A DNA stretch of 63,231 nucleotides, counting the filler, from Rhabdomonas costata (lineage: Eukaryota): assembly GCA_019059605.1 (NCBI GenBank). It is 50 parts of 50 records of this genome, joined end to end, with 100 filler letters (N's around TTAATTAATTAA, not from the genome) between each part and the next. Parts side by side here need not be neighbours in the genome. Positions count along the whole stretch, not along the records: positions 62,066 to 63,231 come from JAHMHO010025387.1; 49 more parts are not named here. The stretch is one strand, 5' to 3'. The position numbers and the translations under genes are program-made. Below the pieces are notes generated by a model that had not been told where the DNA came from, searched no databases, and worked only from the letters and a program-made list of their open reading frames with translations. Shown here one piece after another: positions 62,838 through 63,231 of this stretch. The number at the start of each line of letters is the position of its first letter. The stretch's first letter is position 1.

Positions 62838-63231
62838 CTATGGATCCGGGAGGAGGAGGTTCAAAACCAGGAAGGATGGGCTTGTCGCGCAATGCGATTG
62901 AAATCCGCGGAAACAGAAACAGTCCGAAAAATTAATCTAACCCGAAGCGAAAGAACATAATCAAACAAAAGTGAAAAAAACAAACGATTCCAACTTTCGA
63001 ACCCAAAACAGCGAGCTTCTGAGTCATGATGGAGGAGTTAGGGGAGGTGGCGAGTGTGGAAGGTAACCAGAGGAGATGGAGGGGAACGGCTCCCTTCCCA
63101 TACCAGCTTCTCCTGCACGGGAGGACCTTTCGGTTGCAACCGTAGCAATGTACGTCGGAATTAAAAGGAAAACAACTGGACCAAGGGATTCCAGTGGGAT
63201 TACAGCTCACACATCAAACCCACACCTGAAG

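Noticed and set aside
22-63210. Most short ORFs in the six-frame track, and any operon-like reading of neighbouring contigs
   Set aside because: They are antisense or intron-spanning chance frames in GC-rich spliced DNA, and adjacent contigs are unlinked
1-63231. G/T- and C/A-rich contig ends as telomeres of gene-sized nanochromosomes
   Set aside because: Polarity is opposite to telomeres, there is no fixed repeat unit, and contigs cut through exons

Overview
This is not a contiguous locus. It is 50 unrelated contigs of about 1.15-1.18 kb joined by 100-nt artificial spacers (N44-TTAATTAATTAA-N44), so neighbouring contigs carry no linkage information. Most contigs start with G/T-only bases and end with A/C-only bases, and several have terminal fold-back inverted repeats, which points to a whole-genome-amplified (single- or few-cell) library. 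Most contigs are fragments of an intron-rich eukaryotic nuclear genome with short GT-AG introns whose donors are mostly GT-R-Y rather than GTRAG, as in euglenids (host identity is inferred). Recognisable host exons include Raptor, DNA2, MINPP1, a GDAP2-like macro domain, myosin, an ABCC transporter, TLDc, PAP2, CFAP47-like, SPRY, RING, IQ, TPR, a receiver domain and two degenerate class III cyclases. Decayed mobile DNA includes Ty3/Gypsy pol, two non-LTR RT remnants, a Merlin transposase and a retroelement-type N6-adenine methyltransferase. The most notable items are: (i) a very AT-rich giant-virus (Mimiviridae-like) D6/D11 helicase fragment with one premature stop; (ii) two diverged copies of an intronless element encoding a DEDD/Maelstrom-like nuclease, possibly an endogenous Polinton-like virus; (iii) an unclassified, highly base-paired ~420-nt candidate RNA at 17773-18191 (minus strand). 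All family assignments come from motifs read by eye and need database confirmation.
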